A stretch of 64,000 nt of DNA from a virus. The stretch covers positions 108,040 through 172,039 of the IMG/VR virus record IMGVR_UViG_3300028549_000507. One strand, given 5' to 3'. Below, piece by piece: positions 30,393-40,800 of the stretch (position 1 is its first letter; each line of letters starts with the position of its first letter). The position numbers and the translations under genes are program-made. The notes below the pieces were generated by a model. It was given only the letters and a program-made list of their open reading frames with translations, was not told the DNA's origin and searched no databases.

Positions 30393-31118
30393 TTAGATAG
30401 AACCGAAGCCCATACCCATAGGCATTCCCATTCCCATACCCATTCCAGGCATTCCCATTCCCATACCCATGCCGAACTGCTGTGGAGCACCGAATGGACT
30501 GAATCCGCCCTGAGCCTGTTGTGGTTTAGCATTAGGATCTTTCTTAGCGAACGGACTAGTTGGAGCCTGCTGCTGACCGAATCCCATACCCATACCAGGC
30601 ATTCCCATACCCATACCCGGCATTCCCATACCGAACTGAGCGCCACCCATACCCATAGGCATTCCCATTCCCATTCCCATACCCATACCGAACTGAGCAC
30701 CAAAACCCATACCCATCCCCATACCAGAATTCTGCATGATCTGCATTACACGTTCCTGAGGAAGTGCGCCAGAATAAATTGCAACCTGAGGGCTTGTACG
30801 TACGATAGCAGATTCAAAGATAGCGTTAAGCTCTTTGATTGTTGCTTCATCTTCAGTCACTTCGATACCCTGAGATTTGTAACCTGCAGCAAGGAAGGTT
30901 TTGATGTCTTCGATCATATAGTGACGACCATATGCACCCTGCTGGGAAGCTGGCTCATACTTGATACCCTTCTGTTGAAGTTGAAGGATGATCCAAGTAG
31001 GATCAATCAGACTATTGAACTTGCTTTCAGTAATGAGAGCAGAGAGTTCAGTTCCGACTTTTTTAGCAGAAGCATTGGTACCATTTGTTGCCGTACCGGC
31101 AGAAGTTTGCTGAGACAT
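30393..31118 (-). CDS. protein with Gly-Met/Phe-Gly/Gln low-complexity C-terminal half
   Basis: 241 aa, GGAGG SD; about 130 aa ordinary N-terminal domain then (GM)n, AQFG, PGMG and QQ repeats. Confidence 0.85.
   Translation of the reverse strand: MSQQTSAGTATNGTNASAKKVGTELSALITESKFNSLIDPTWIILQLQQKGIKYEPASQQGAYGRHYMIEDIKTFLAAGYKSQGIEVTEDEATIKELNAIFESAIVRTSPQVAIYSGALPQERVMQIMQNSGMGMGMGFGAQFGMGMGMGMGMPMGMGGAQFGMGMPGMGMGMPGMGMGFGQQQAPTSPFAKKDPNAKPQQAQGGFSPFGAPQQFGMGMGMGMPGMGMGMGMPMGMGFGSI
30402..30726 (-). repeat. imperfect 6-bp coding tandem repeats (GGTATG/GGAATG) in two blocks
   Basis: Plus strand (CATACC/CATTCC)n at about 30410-30471 and 30583-30726; encodes GMGMGM. Confidence 0.9.
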
Positions 31119-31253
31119 AAACGTCCTCCAAAAGATTTGTTAAAAGAAACTAGAAAAGAGTTATTTTTCTTCCATCAGTATTTTGTTATAATAACAATAT
31201 TTTTTTATTTACTGATAGGAGATTGTGACATCTATAAACTAGAAGTCACAATC

Positions 31254-31269
31254 TTATATATAATTGAAA
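31254..31269 (-). promoter_or_regulatory. early-type promoter motif
   Basis: Minus strand TTTCAATTATATATAA. Confidence 0.6.
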
Positions 31270-31290
31270 TGTAGGTTTGAATAAATCAAA

Positions 31291-33849
31291 TTACATCATA
31301 GGTCCGAATCCGAAGCCCTGTTGTTGTTGATTAAACCCACCACCGAAACCACCACCGAAACCACCAAACATCTGTTGCTGTTGAGATGCCATCTGTTGCT
31401 GTTGCATCATCTGTTGTTGCATCATTAACTGTTGATCAGGTGTAATGTATTGTCCATTGAAGAACGTTGGGGAATTAAATCCATTTTCCATGTAGTTATT
31501 CCCAACTACTTTACTCTGATTAGCTTCGATATACTGACGGATACTGCATGGTCCCGAGCACGTAGCAACTACGGTCTGTAATGCTTTAAGTGCGAAAGCG
31601 ACTTCAACCTTGGTTCGATAAACCTGAGGCTGTATCACAGTAATATATCCTTCTTTATCCAAGATAGACAATCTAACTCGACGATCGTCCAAGTTCATAT
31701 TTCTATAATCTTTGAATTTATCTCCAAGGAACTTTGGAAGAGACTTCTTACCAACAGCACGTCTCCAGTCAATACGGTCACCATCCTTGTTGGTTTTCCG
31801 ATATTCAGGAGATAGTACGAATGTAGGCCAGAAATCACCATTGTACTCAGGAGATCCTTCAAATGGTTCACCTTCCACATAGAACTGTGCAGTAGGTGCT
31901 ACACCATTCTGTTCCGATACCGTTTTAATGATTTCATTGAACTGCGCCATGTCTTTATTGACATTTACAGGACGAATACTATCATTCTTAAAGTAACGGG
32001 ATACAGTAGGAGATGGAATCATAGTTCTATTGAATTCATAGTAGATATGAAGTTGTGATTGTGGGAATTCGGATTTAATATTGTGTACAAGTACACCAAT
32101 AAGAGATCCAAGACCATCACGAACGAAAATATCCAATGATTCAATATAGTCTGTAATCGTAACATTGATAGTTCCGTCCGCTTTAGGAGGAATCATAATG
32201 AAACGAATTGCCGCTGTCATATGCATAGACAGATCTTCATACCCGATACTCGCACCTTTGGCAAGAGCGATTCTGTTAGAAATTTCTTTACGATATTTCC
32301 ATTCATTATCGAGATTTGGATTATCCCAACGAGAGATAAGAGCAATACTCTTCGTTGCAGCAACATCAACATTACCTGAACAGTTATCAAACGTAAATCT
32401 GTCGATTGTCGGTTTGTCTTTCTCACTTGTAGTGTAGAAATACTGATCACTGTCTTCAATAATGGAAATAGGTTTAAAGATACCTATAACTTTGAGATTA
32501 AATGCAATCTGTTTAGAGATCGATTTAACAACACGGTTAAGGCGTTCGTCACGAATCATATCGGAATAAACGATATACGTCATAACGTCATATTCACAAT
32601 CACTCTGATCAAACGTATAACGTAGACGAGAATTTATCTCATTTTCCGCATGGTAAGATCCACCAGGAATATCTGTATTGATGAAAATCACACGGATAGA
32701 TCCTTCGAAATCAACTACAGGACACTCATGTGTTCTTTCATCGATATATAGTTTGTACTTAAGGTCACGAGCTCCGCGTTTCTTAAACAACTTAAGAATA
32801 CGATCTACAACCTTTTTAGCATTTGAATCATCATAATCTTCGATAAGATCTGTAAATCTTGAACGAGAAACGATGTTATAGATATGCTCTTCACGTCCAT
32901 CAATTTTGAATACATCGTCTTCAGAAGCTTCTTTGTTCTGATTGATCATATCCTCAATTACAGCATCACGAGTAACCTTAACATCAGCGATTCCACTAAA
33001 ATCATTAGCTTGAGATGAGAAGTCTTCATTCTTCTCTTCGACAACTGATTTAGGTTGAGACGCCCAGAAATCTTCACCAAGATCTTCATCGAGATCATCG
33101 ATAGGATTGGATGGAAGATCTTCATTAAGTTCTTCTTCTTCAATCTCATCATCGACAACATCATTTTCATCAACTTCTACATCATCCCCGAATAATCCAT
33201 CAAGATCATCTTCATCATCGAAGAATGAACCATACGCTTCACCGGCATTATCCGGAACTTCATCTTGTTTAGCCATTTCCTCTTCCTCTGGTTCGGTGGG
33301 GGCTTCGTCCTCATCGATTTCAGGTTCATCAACTTGATCAGCAGCAATTTCATCCTCAATAACTTCTTCTACAAGCGATTCTTGAGAAGTTTCTTCAGAA
33401 TCATTCATCATAGATGCTCCAGGAGCCATTCCGAGATTGCTACGGAGTTCTTGAAGAGCTTCAACCAATTCCTCTTCAGACAGTCTACATTCAGAATCAG
33501 TTTCAGGTACGTAGAATCTGTACTGATCTAGTGGTTTGAGGTATGAGTTTTTGAACTTAGGAATATCAAATTCCATAAGATCTAACTCTTTGCGATAATC
33601 GGAGATACGTTTCTTAAGAGGAAGATTAGCCCCTTGTACGTATTTACATCCCCCACAAACGTGAACAGATGTTGGATCACCGTCCCGATTCTTGACGGTT
33701 TTAGTTCTCTTAAGCTCTTCAATAGAAGAGCTACTTCTATCCGCAAGACAGCACTTGCAGATAACTTTACCTTCTTCAAGAAAGTACGGTTCAAACCCCA
33801 CAATCGTGGAGAGCTCCGAATTCAGTTCTTGTAGGGTGTTGGATTCCAT
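31291..33849 (-). CDS. multidomain protein: Zn finger, long acidic linker, Hef-like endonuclease-related core, Q/FG-rich tail
   Basis: CKCC...CGGC; Asp/Glu-rich region; tail QQQMMQQQQ...MFGGFGGGFGGGFNQQQQGFGFGPMM. Start moved from 33861 to ATG 33849 (GGAGG SD). Core assignment is tentative. Confidence 0.7.
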   Translation of the reverse strand: MESNTLQELNSELSTIVGFEPYFLEEGKVICKCCLADRSSSSIEELKRTKTVKNRDGDPTSVHVCGGCKYVQGANLPLKKRISDYRKELDLMEFDIPKFKNSYLKPLDQYRFYVPETDSECRLSEEELVEALQELRSNLGMAPGASMMNDSEETSQESLVEEVIEDEIAADQVDEPEIDEDEAPTEPEEEEMAKQDEVPDNAGEAYGSFFDDEDDLDGLFGDDVEVDENDVVDDEIEEEELNEDLPSNPIDDLDEDLGEDFWASQPKSVVEEKNEDFSSQANDFSGIADVKVTRDAVIEDMINQNKEASEDDVFKIDGREEHIYNIVSRSRFTDLIEDYDDSNAKKVVDRILKLFKKRGARDLKYKLYIDERTHECPVVDFEGSIRVIFINTDIPGGSYHAENEINSRLRYTFDQSDCEYDVMTYIVYSDMIRDERLNRVVKSISKQIAFNLKVIGIFKPISIIEDSDQYFYTTSEKDKPTIDRFTFDNCSGNVDVAATKSIALISRWDNPNLDNEWKYRKEISNRIALAKGASIGYEDLSMHMTAAIRFIMIPPKADGTINVTITDYIESLDIFVRDGLGSLIGVLVHNIKSEFPQSQLHIYYEFNRTMIPSPTVSRYFKNDSIRPVNVNKDMAQFNEIIKTVSEQNGVAPTAQFYVEGEPFEGSPEYNGDFWPTFVLSPEYRKTNKDGDRIDWRRAVGKKSLPKFLGDKFKDYRNMNLDDRRVRLSILDKEGYITVIQPQVYRTKVEVAFALKALQTVVATCSGPCSIRQYIEANQSKVVGNNYMENGFNSPTFFNGQYITPDQQLMMQQQMMQQQQMASQQQQMFGGFGGGFGGGFNQQQQGFGFGPMM

Positions 33850-33927
33850 ACTAACCTCCATTTAAAACACTTTTTTACACATTAATATATTGACAGTTTA
33901 ATTAATAATTATTTTATAGATCATCAC

Positions 33928-33945
33928 GATATATATAATTGAAAG
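33928..33945 (-). promoter_or_regulatory. early-type promoter motif
   Basis: Minus strand CTTTCAATTATATATATC. Confidence 0.6.
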
Positions 33946-33957
33946 TATGATTTAAAT

Positions 33958-33988
33958 AAAGAAAAGAGAGGGATTTCTCCCTCTCTTT
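33958..33988 (-). terminator. intrinsic terminator with GAAA loop
   Basis: Minus strand AAAGAGAGGGA-GAAA-TCCCTCTCTTT then TCTTT. Confidence 0.8.
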
Positions 33989-34000
33989 ATAATACAAAGA

Positions 34001-35335
34001 TTAAACTTCTTTGGTATCTCCAACGAATTTACCATTACCGCCACGACCAAAATCTTTAGAACTAGTACCAGAAGCATCAACTTTAATGTCGATAATTCCT
34101 TCTGAAACAGCTTTCTTAAGAGCTGACTCAACGATAGACAAGATATCACCTTGATCTTTAGTAATTTTGATAGACTCGTTATTGAGGGTGATAGTAAGAT
34201 TAGATATTTCAGAAACTTCTTTAGTAAGTTTCACGATGATATCTCTAACGCCATTCAACGATTTAAGACGTTCCGCACTGATACCGCCATCAGCAGTTCC
34301 TTCATTACTGTCAACAAATTTAGCAATACTCTCTGAAACTTTTTCAAGAGTATTGTAAATAGCTTTAACTTTAGTATTTTGATTTTTACCAGACTGTTTT
34401 ACGAGGTTGGTGGTAATACTCTGAACAGTTCTAAGCTCAGTACTAAATCCAGAATTAGACCCTTGACGGAGGAAACGTTCACATTGTTTTGTAACTTTAA
34501 CGTTAACTAGTTCAGGATCTTTTCTAACAACACTACACGCTTCAGCAAGAACAAGTGCATTTTCAAGATCACCAGAAACTTCATTATCAGCAATAGCACC
34601 AGTAATTTCTGTTTTAAGTTTAGAAATTGCTGTTTCTGTGCCATCTCCGACAGAATCCGCTTTAGAAGTCATGATACTATTAGCTACAGAACCAAGATTG
34701 TTAGAGATTTTTCCTCTATAATCTAGTGATGCATTTGCAGATTCTTGTGCTTTATTGATAGCTTTAGCATGTTCAACTACATTAGCAGAATTAGCAATAC
34801 GTTTAGCTTCATCTTCAGCTTTTTTGGCCAATTTTGCATTTCTCGCTTCGATTCTATTTTTATTGCGCTGAAGATTGTCGGCGTGAGCTGTACTTTTTCT
34901 CTTTGCAATAATCTCTTCAACAACTTTTTCAACTTTAGGCGCATCGCCTGATTTAAGCTGAGCAACCATCGCTGTTACAACTGTTGCCTTTGCATTGGTT
35001 TTTCCAAAAAGACCACCAATAATACCACCAATCCATTTAAAGAATCTGGTAAGCAGTTCAATGATTTTGTTGAAAATTTTTTTAACGAATTCAACTACAC
35101 CTTTGAAAACATTTCCAACACCCTCAGTAGAGGTTGTAAAATTTTCAAATCCATAGTTTTCCATAACAAAGAATGCACTTTCGATAGCCATCTGATCACG
35201 CACGATCATACCGTACGATTCAGCAGAATCAAGTCCATCAAGTTCTTCTTCTTCCTGAAGCCCGATTCCATCATATTCTTCTTCAAGACCCATGATAGCA
35301 GTTAATTCAGATTCAAATGAATTGTAAATACTCAT
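34001..35335 (-). CDS. putative inner-head/ejection protein with acidic propeptide
   Basis: 444 aa; N-terminus rich in (S/A/G)-x-E sites (SFE, GLE, SAE, AIE, GFE, STE) then amphipathic FVKKIFNKIIELLTRFFKWI and coiled coils. Confidence 0.65.
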   Translation of the reverse strand: MSIYNSFESELTAIMGLEEEYDGIGLQEEEELDGLDSAESYGMIVRDQMAIESAFFVMENYGFENFTTSTEGVGNVFKGVVEFVKKIFNKIIELLTRFFKWIGGIIGGLFGKTNAKATVVTAMVAQLKSGDAPKVEKVVEEIIAKRKSTAHADNLQRNKNRIEARNAKLAKKAEDEAKRIANSANVVEHAKAINKAQESANASLDYRGKISNNLGSVANSIMTSKADSVGDGTETAISKLKTEITGAIADNEVSGDLENALVLAEACSVVRKDPELVNVKVTKQCERFLRQGSNSGFSTELRTVQSITTNLVKQSGKNQNTKVKAIYNTLEKVSESIAKFVDSNEGTADGGISAERLKSLNGVRDIIVKLTKEVSEISNLTITLNNESIKITKDQGDILSIVESALKKAVSEGIIDIKVDASGTSSKDFGRGGNGKFVGDTKEV

Positions 35336-35397
35336 TATGATTCTCCTTAATAAGTTGTATAAGTTTCAAATTATTTATCTTCGGAAATTTTAAGATT

Positions 35398-36405
35398 TCA
35401 ATTGTTGATAGACTTGATGATTTTCACCATCTCAGCATCTGATTGATTCTGAAGTTTTTCACAATCAATAATCGTTCTACCGAGTTGGATGTTAGCTCCG
35501 GTGGCTTTTGACATAACTTTAAGCATATAATTAACTTCTCTGATAACAAACTGTGACGTTTCTTTGTCAGATGGATCCATTTTAGCAATGTCATATTCCA
35601 ACTCATCCATCAATTTGAGAACAGATGTGATGATTTTTTCATTCTCACCAGAACTAAGAAGTTGTGAAGCACGTTTATTGCGTTCTTCGCGTTTGTTATC
35701 AATTCTAGACTGAGTATATGATTTTTTGAGAGTGCTAAATACATCTTTAGCTTTACCAAAGATATTCTTTTTCTTAATCTCTCCAGATACCTGAGTTTCG
35801 ATAACGGTTTCAAGCTCTGTACAATCCGTAGAAAGGTCAGGCTTCTCAGTCTTCCCTTTACTTTTCACAAATCCAGAGAACTTTGGAAGTTTAGATTGAA
35901 TTTTCTTAAGAACTTTACCAATTTCAGCTTTACTTGTAGCAATAATCCCGACAACTTCATCCGCTTTCGCAGGGTCAGCTACTTCTTTTTCAGGATCAAT
36001 ATTCTTACCAAGTTTAGCAGCAGCTTCCGATACAGTTTCTTTATCAGTCTCAGCAATAGTCTTACTATTCTGTCTCCACTCACCTTTTCCAAAGATCCAA
36101 AGGAAAGCATTCTTAATCCATCTGAAAAAACCACGAATGCCATCAAGGATTTTCTTTACTACTTTTTTGATAAAGTTACCAATATCTTTAAGTAAATTAC
36201 CTTCCATTGAGAAATTGTCAGATTCGATAGACAAAGTCATAAATGATAATTGTGCTTCAGTAGTAAGTTGGAGTTCGATAAGACTCATAGATTCTTCTAT
36301 AATATTCAAAGAATTACCGTCCACATCCCCATCAAGAAATTCAGCATCTGGATCGTTTTCAATCCCAAATATACTCGTGAGTGCGGCTTCGAGTGAATTG
36401 TCCAT
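35398..36405 (-). CDS. putative inner-head/ejection protein, paralog of 34001..35335
   Basis: Start moved from 36444 to ATG 36405 (GAGGAG SD); SLE, GIE, SIE, SME sites then FIKKVVKKILDGIRGFFRWI. Confidence 0.65.
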   Translation of the reverse strand: MDNSLEAALTSIFGIENDPDAEFLDGDVDGNSLNIIEESMSLIELQLTTEAQLSFMTLSIESDNFSMEGNLLKDIGNFIKKVVKKILDGIRGFFRWIKNAFLWIFGKGEWRQNSKTIAETDKETVSEAAAKLGKNIDPEKEVADPAKADEVVGIIATSKAEIGKVLKKIQSKLPKFSGFVKSKGKTEKPDLSTDCTELETVIETQVSGEIKKKNIFGKAKDVFSTLKKSYTQSRIDNKREERNKRASQLLSSGENEKIITSVLKLMDELEYDIAKMDPSDKETSQFVIREVNYMLKVMSKATGANIQLGRTIIDCEKLQNQSDAEMVKIIKSINN

Positions 36406-36441
36406 ATATGGCTCCTCGGCTATATATTGATTTATTATTAC

Positions 36442-36468
36442 CACTTATTTGTTCAAAACATAATATTG
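36442..36468. promoter_or_regulatory. back-to-back divergent late-type promoters
   Basis: Minus strand AACA-AATAAG-TG (36442-36453) and plus strand AACA-TAATAT-TG (36457-36468), 3 bp apart. Confidence 0.75.
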
Positions 36469-36498
36469 ATAACGATAATTCAATAGAAGGGTTTTACA

Positions 36499-37821
36499 AT
36501 GAGTAATTACATCAATAAGAGTAATGGAAGCTACCTGACAAAATTTGGAAATGTTGATGAGATTTCTTTTAAAAATACTAAGACAGATGATGCTAAAGTA
36601 TCATCCCTTATAAGAAATATCTCAGCATCTTCTGATTCACGGAGAAGAGCATTCTCTATATATCAAACAATGGCATCGATTGCTATAACAAAACCCGATT
36701 CAACGGGAACCGTATATCATACTTATAGTGATATCGCTGATATCATTTTCACTCCATTTATCAATGGGTATGGTAAATTTGATAAGAACTTCAACGTGTT
36801 TAAAATCACAAATGATATTAGAATTAAACTGATTACTCAGTTTAAAAATCTTACAAAATGTCATAGATTGAACGTTGTATTTACTAAATCAACATCAACA
36901 TATCTCTCAGAAGAAATCGAATTCTTCTTCAATGATTCAAATATTTCTGCTGGCGATAGCTTTAAATTTAAATTCGGCGCAACAGGGATTACATTATCCG
37001 ATAAATCGACTATTACGATGGTAATACCTATCAGATATATCGAAAATATCATTGAACAAACTTGCAAAAGAGTAATCTCAGACTTCCATGGTAAAGATGT
37101 TAAGTTGGAATCTATGGATCTTCGAGTTAAAAATGCAGTAAGTTCTAAAATTCAAGATAAAGTTGGAAAACGTATCTATGAAAATATGATTGCAGCATTA
37201 TATAAAGAATTCATCTTTAATAACTTTGCGACAAGTACAGTTCGTCTTTGTAAACAGGTCGGAACCGTAAATATCGATACAGCTACAACTGTTGCTATCC
37301 AAGGTGAACATGCGTCATGCTCAAATCTTAGACTCGATCAGATTTCTAACATGTTGAATTCGAGCGATATTAGTGAAATTAATCCATATATGCTTCTTGA
37401 TATGTTTGAGATTTCTGATAAAGAGACTGATTTCTTTGTAAGGAACTTCCTTAGAAGTGAAGATTATGAAAATATTTTGACTCCGAATTATTACAGACTT
37501 TCTCTTAAGAAAGAAGACTATTTGGATGAAGAATCTTGGATCAGTGCTAGTGTAATCCATAATACAAAATTGAACTATATGATTTTGGCACTTATGATTA
37601 TTACAAAATCTAGTATAAAAGAGATTGATAGAGCGATATATGTAGATAGAATTCAAGCTGCGGTTAAAACTGCTCTTTCATATTCAACTACATCTGTCGT
37701 TACAAATAATAAAGATGATATTGCTAAAGAAATCTTTGAACAATTGAATCTTATGAATCTATTGTCTAGCAACATTATCAAGCTCAAAAAGATAAATGAA
37801 TTAATCTCGAAAGCGATCTAA
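36499..37821 (+). CDS. hypothetical protein (late gene)
   Basis: 440 aa; GAAGGG SD; late promoter; 2-bp gap to the peptidase gene. Confidence 0.75.
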   Translation: MSNYINKSNGSYLTKFGNVDEISFKNTKTDDAKVSSLIRNISASSDSRRRAFSIYQTMASIAITKPDSTGTVYHTYSDIADIIFTPFINGYGKFDKNFNVFKITNDIRIKLITQFKNLTKCHRLNVVFTKSTSTYLSEEIEFFFNDSNISAGDSFKFKFGATGITLSDKSTITMVIPIRYIENIIEQTCKRVISDFHGKDVKLESMDLRVKNAVSSKIQDKVGKRIYENMIAALYKEFIFNNFATSTVRLCKQVGTVNIDTATTVAIQGEHASCSNLRLDQISNMLNSSDISEINPYMLLDMFEISDKETDFFVRNFLRSEDYENILTPNYYRLSLKKEDYLDEESWISASVIHNTKLNYMILALMIITKSSIKEIDRAIYVDRIQAAVKTALSYSTTSVVTNNKDDIAKEIFEQLNLMNLLSSNIIKLKKINELISKAI

Positions 37822-37823
37822 TA

Positions 37824-40800
37824 ATGAGTCATAAAATATCACAAGAAGTTTACTTTGGAGAAAAACACCCATTTAGCCAAGGGATGTTGATCGCTGTAAG
37901 AGATCTAAGAAATGCGGTTGTATCTAGTATTGGTGCGGAATGGTCTGAAACTGATAAGCGTTCCAATATTAAAACTGCAAATGATATGTGTAATAATATT
38001 GATGGATTTGCCAAAGTTAAAGAATGTTTGTTAGCTATGGAATTGTTAATTGCAAAGCATTGTAATGTGGAGCGTGTATATGTAGGACTTTCGTCCGACT
38101 TTAATGCATATACATACCCTCCACTATATTATGATGATGCAATTCTCGATGAAGCATTCCCCAGATCTAAAATGGTAACGAAGAGTCCTGAGGAGTTGGA
38201 TAAATTCTATAATGATATCGACTCTATTATTCTTGATAGAGCAAATGGGTATAGATTCAAGAGTAGTAAAAATAAAGTTATGATAATAAATATCGGACTA
38301 AATTTATTACTACCTACTCAATACTCAAAATTCAATTTCAGACAAGTGAATATGACTGATGAGGATGTTTGTTCTATAATATTCCATGAGATTGGACATA
38401 ACTTCCAACACATCCTTGGCGGATGTAAGAGAATGATTGCCAATTATGATATGAGAATGGCCATAGCTCTTTCAGATGTGTTAGGTATGCTATTTTTTCC
38501 AGGTTGGTCATTTTTAACATATGCAATAATTAATATATTCCTTTCAGATACTATTGGAGTTATCAAAGGTGGCGATAAGGGTGCCGCTAGAGATCATATT
38601 ACAAAAATACTAAAAGCTCATCTAAATACAACTGTTAATGGTGAGAAAGTTAATCGCGATGTTTTGGGTAAAGCTATAACAAAGGATATTCTTGGAGTCA
38701 TCCAAAGATATAACTCTGAACAGAAGCCGATACCTCAGTTTATAGGCGCGGTAGTTGGTCTACTTATCAGAGGACTTATAATGTGGTGGACCACAACAAT
38801 GATCATGGGTAAGAAGTTACTTATACCATTCATTGTAACTGATACTCTCGTTAATGGTATTATTGCCGATTTGATTGGTACAAGTAAATATGTTGATAAA
38901 TATAAGCAATACGAACAGTTCGCAGATGCATTTGCCCTTGCATACGGATTCCCTTTCCCTAAGAATTTCACAAAAGCAATACTTAATCTACGAGCTGGCG
39001 GTGATGTAACATCTGACTATCTTCCGATATTCAAGTGGGTACCGATTTTAGGCGATCTATCAATGGTTACAAGTGATGCGTATAATGAAAGAATGATAAA
39101 TATCGGAGGATATGATACTGACATTGATAGATTCCAAAATAGTCACAGATTATTGTTGAAAGAATTGGAAAAGAATAATATCCCTAAAGAATTAAGAGAT
39201 GAAATCTTAGTTAAAATTGAGAAGCTTGAAAAAGAAAATGATCAATTAATGAAAGATAATGAAAATTCAAAAGGATTGATCTTTACAAATTTCATCTATA
39301 AATTGATATCAAGAAACCACACTAATAATATCGACAAAGTTGGCGAACGAACAGATATCGATAGATTATTTGATCAGGTTGAAGGGTATGCGAATACAAA
39401 TGATATAAATTCTGCTATAAATACTAATGATGGTATAAAACAGTATACAACTATTAGTAAACTTATAGCCGGATCATTCAATAAACTCGGTGACTTTATG
39501 AAAAAACTTCCAAAGTTTAAAGATCTCGAGTTTGTAAATAAGTTCGATTTACAACCGGTAGGGGGTACAAGTTTTGAAAATGAACTTACCAGCATGATGG
39601 GAATTGAATCTGATAATGCGTCATTTGGCGAAAGAATTGTTAAATCTTTGGAATCCGGCGATAGTAATCCGTCATATTCCGAAGAAGCTTATTTCGGTTC
39701 AACCCACCCATTCAGTCAACAGATGATTAATCATGTTAAGAATCTTAGAGAAGAACTTCGTAAACTTCTTGGAGCTAGTTGGAAAGATGTAAATAAGAGA
39801 AATCTTATCATCCGTAAAACTCTAGAACCTAAGGATAATATTACAGATCTTCAAAAGATACTTGAAAATATGGGTAAGTGTATTGCATTCCATTGTAATA
39901 TCGAGAATGCTCATATAGGATTATTCCCTGAGTTGAATGCTTATACGATTCCTTTATCTTGGGATAGTTCTATACTATTTAAAGATATGAGTAAAGGAGT
40001 ATATAAGAAAGCTGGTATGTATTATATCAATGAAAGAGAGTTAAGAACCAATTCTGATATAGAGTCGCAACTTATAAAACTTGATGATATCGTTCTTAAT
40101 AAAGATGGTTGGAAGTTTAGAAATAAAGATGGTAAAGTATTCATAATTTCATTAGGAATACCATTACTTCTTGACGATAACTTCGAAACAAGTGATGAAG
40201 ATGTTTGTTCTGTAATATTTCACGAAATAGGACATAACTTCCAGCAGATTCTCCATGGAACTAACCAAATGTTTATCGATTATTATATAAGAAGTTGTAT
40301 ACAATTCTTATATAGTGGACCATTCATAAGTATACTTATGTATTTTGATAATCTTATTGTTGGAGAAATTCTTAAGTCAGTAGTTGATGGGAGTGGTAAG
40401 AGTAGCAATATACGGTATGATATTATAAGAGAAATGCTTATGGGAAATATAACCGTAAATCGTGATGGAACTATTACTACCAGAGATGATATCGGTAATG
40501 AGATGAAGGATTATCTGTATAAGGTGATTAAGTATGCTCGTGAACATGGTGCATTTGAAAAGCTTCATGCTATATTTAAAGTTGGTAGATTCATATTTAC
40601 TAATATAAGTAGAGTTATTGAAATTGGAATGGCACCTCTTACAGGTATTGCTAATACACTATATAGAAATGGTTTCAATTCTAAATATGAAACTCTCATA
40701 AAAGATAATAAGAAGTATGAACAGTTTGCGGATATGTTTGCTGTTTCATATGGATTTGGTTCAAGTAGTGCTAAACTATATCTAAATACTAGTAAATTCA

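Noticed and set aside
30326..30703. 125-aa WVWEWE ORF
   Set aside because: Alternative frame of the same 6-bp repeat, with no SD, and it runs through the terminator.
30402..30726. Repeat block as a CRISPR array or telomere-like repeat
   Set aside because: No constant repeat with unique spacers; variation is at synonymous codon positions, so it is coding.
30378..31274. 298-aa His/Thr/Ser-rich plus-strand ORF (HTHSHS...)
   Set aside because: Antisense shadow of the GM repeat; the minus-strand gene has the SD, promoter and terminator.
31291..33849. Calling this gene chimallin because of its position
   Set aside because: No chimallin sequence features recognised; Zn finger, acidic linker and Hef-like core point elsewhere. 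Needs an HMM check.
33880..33891. AATA-TATTAA-TG as a late promoter
   Set aside because: Mismatch at the conserved C; possible weak site but not counted.
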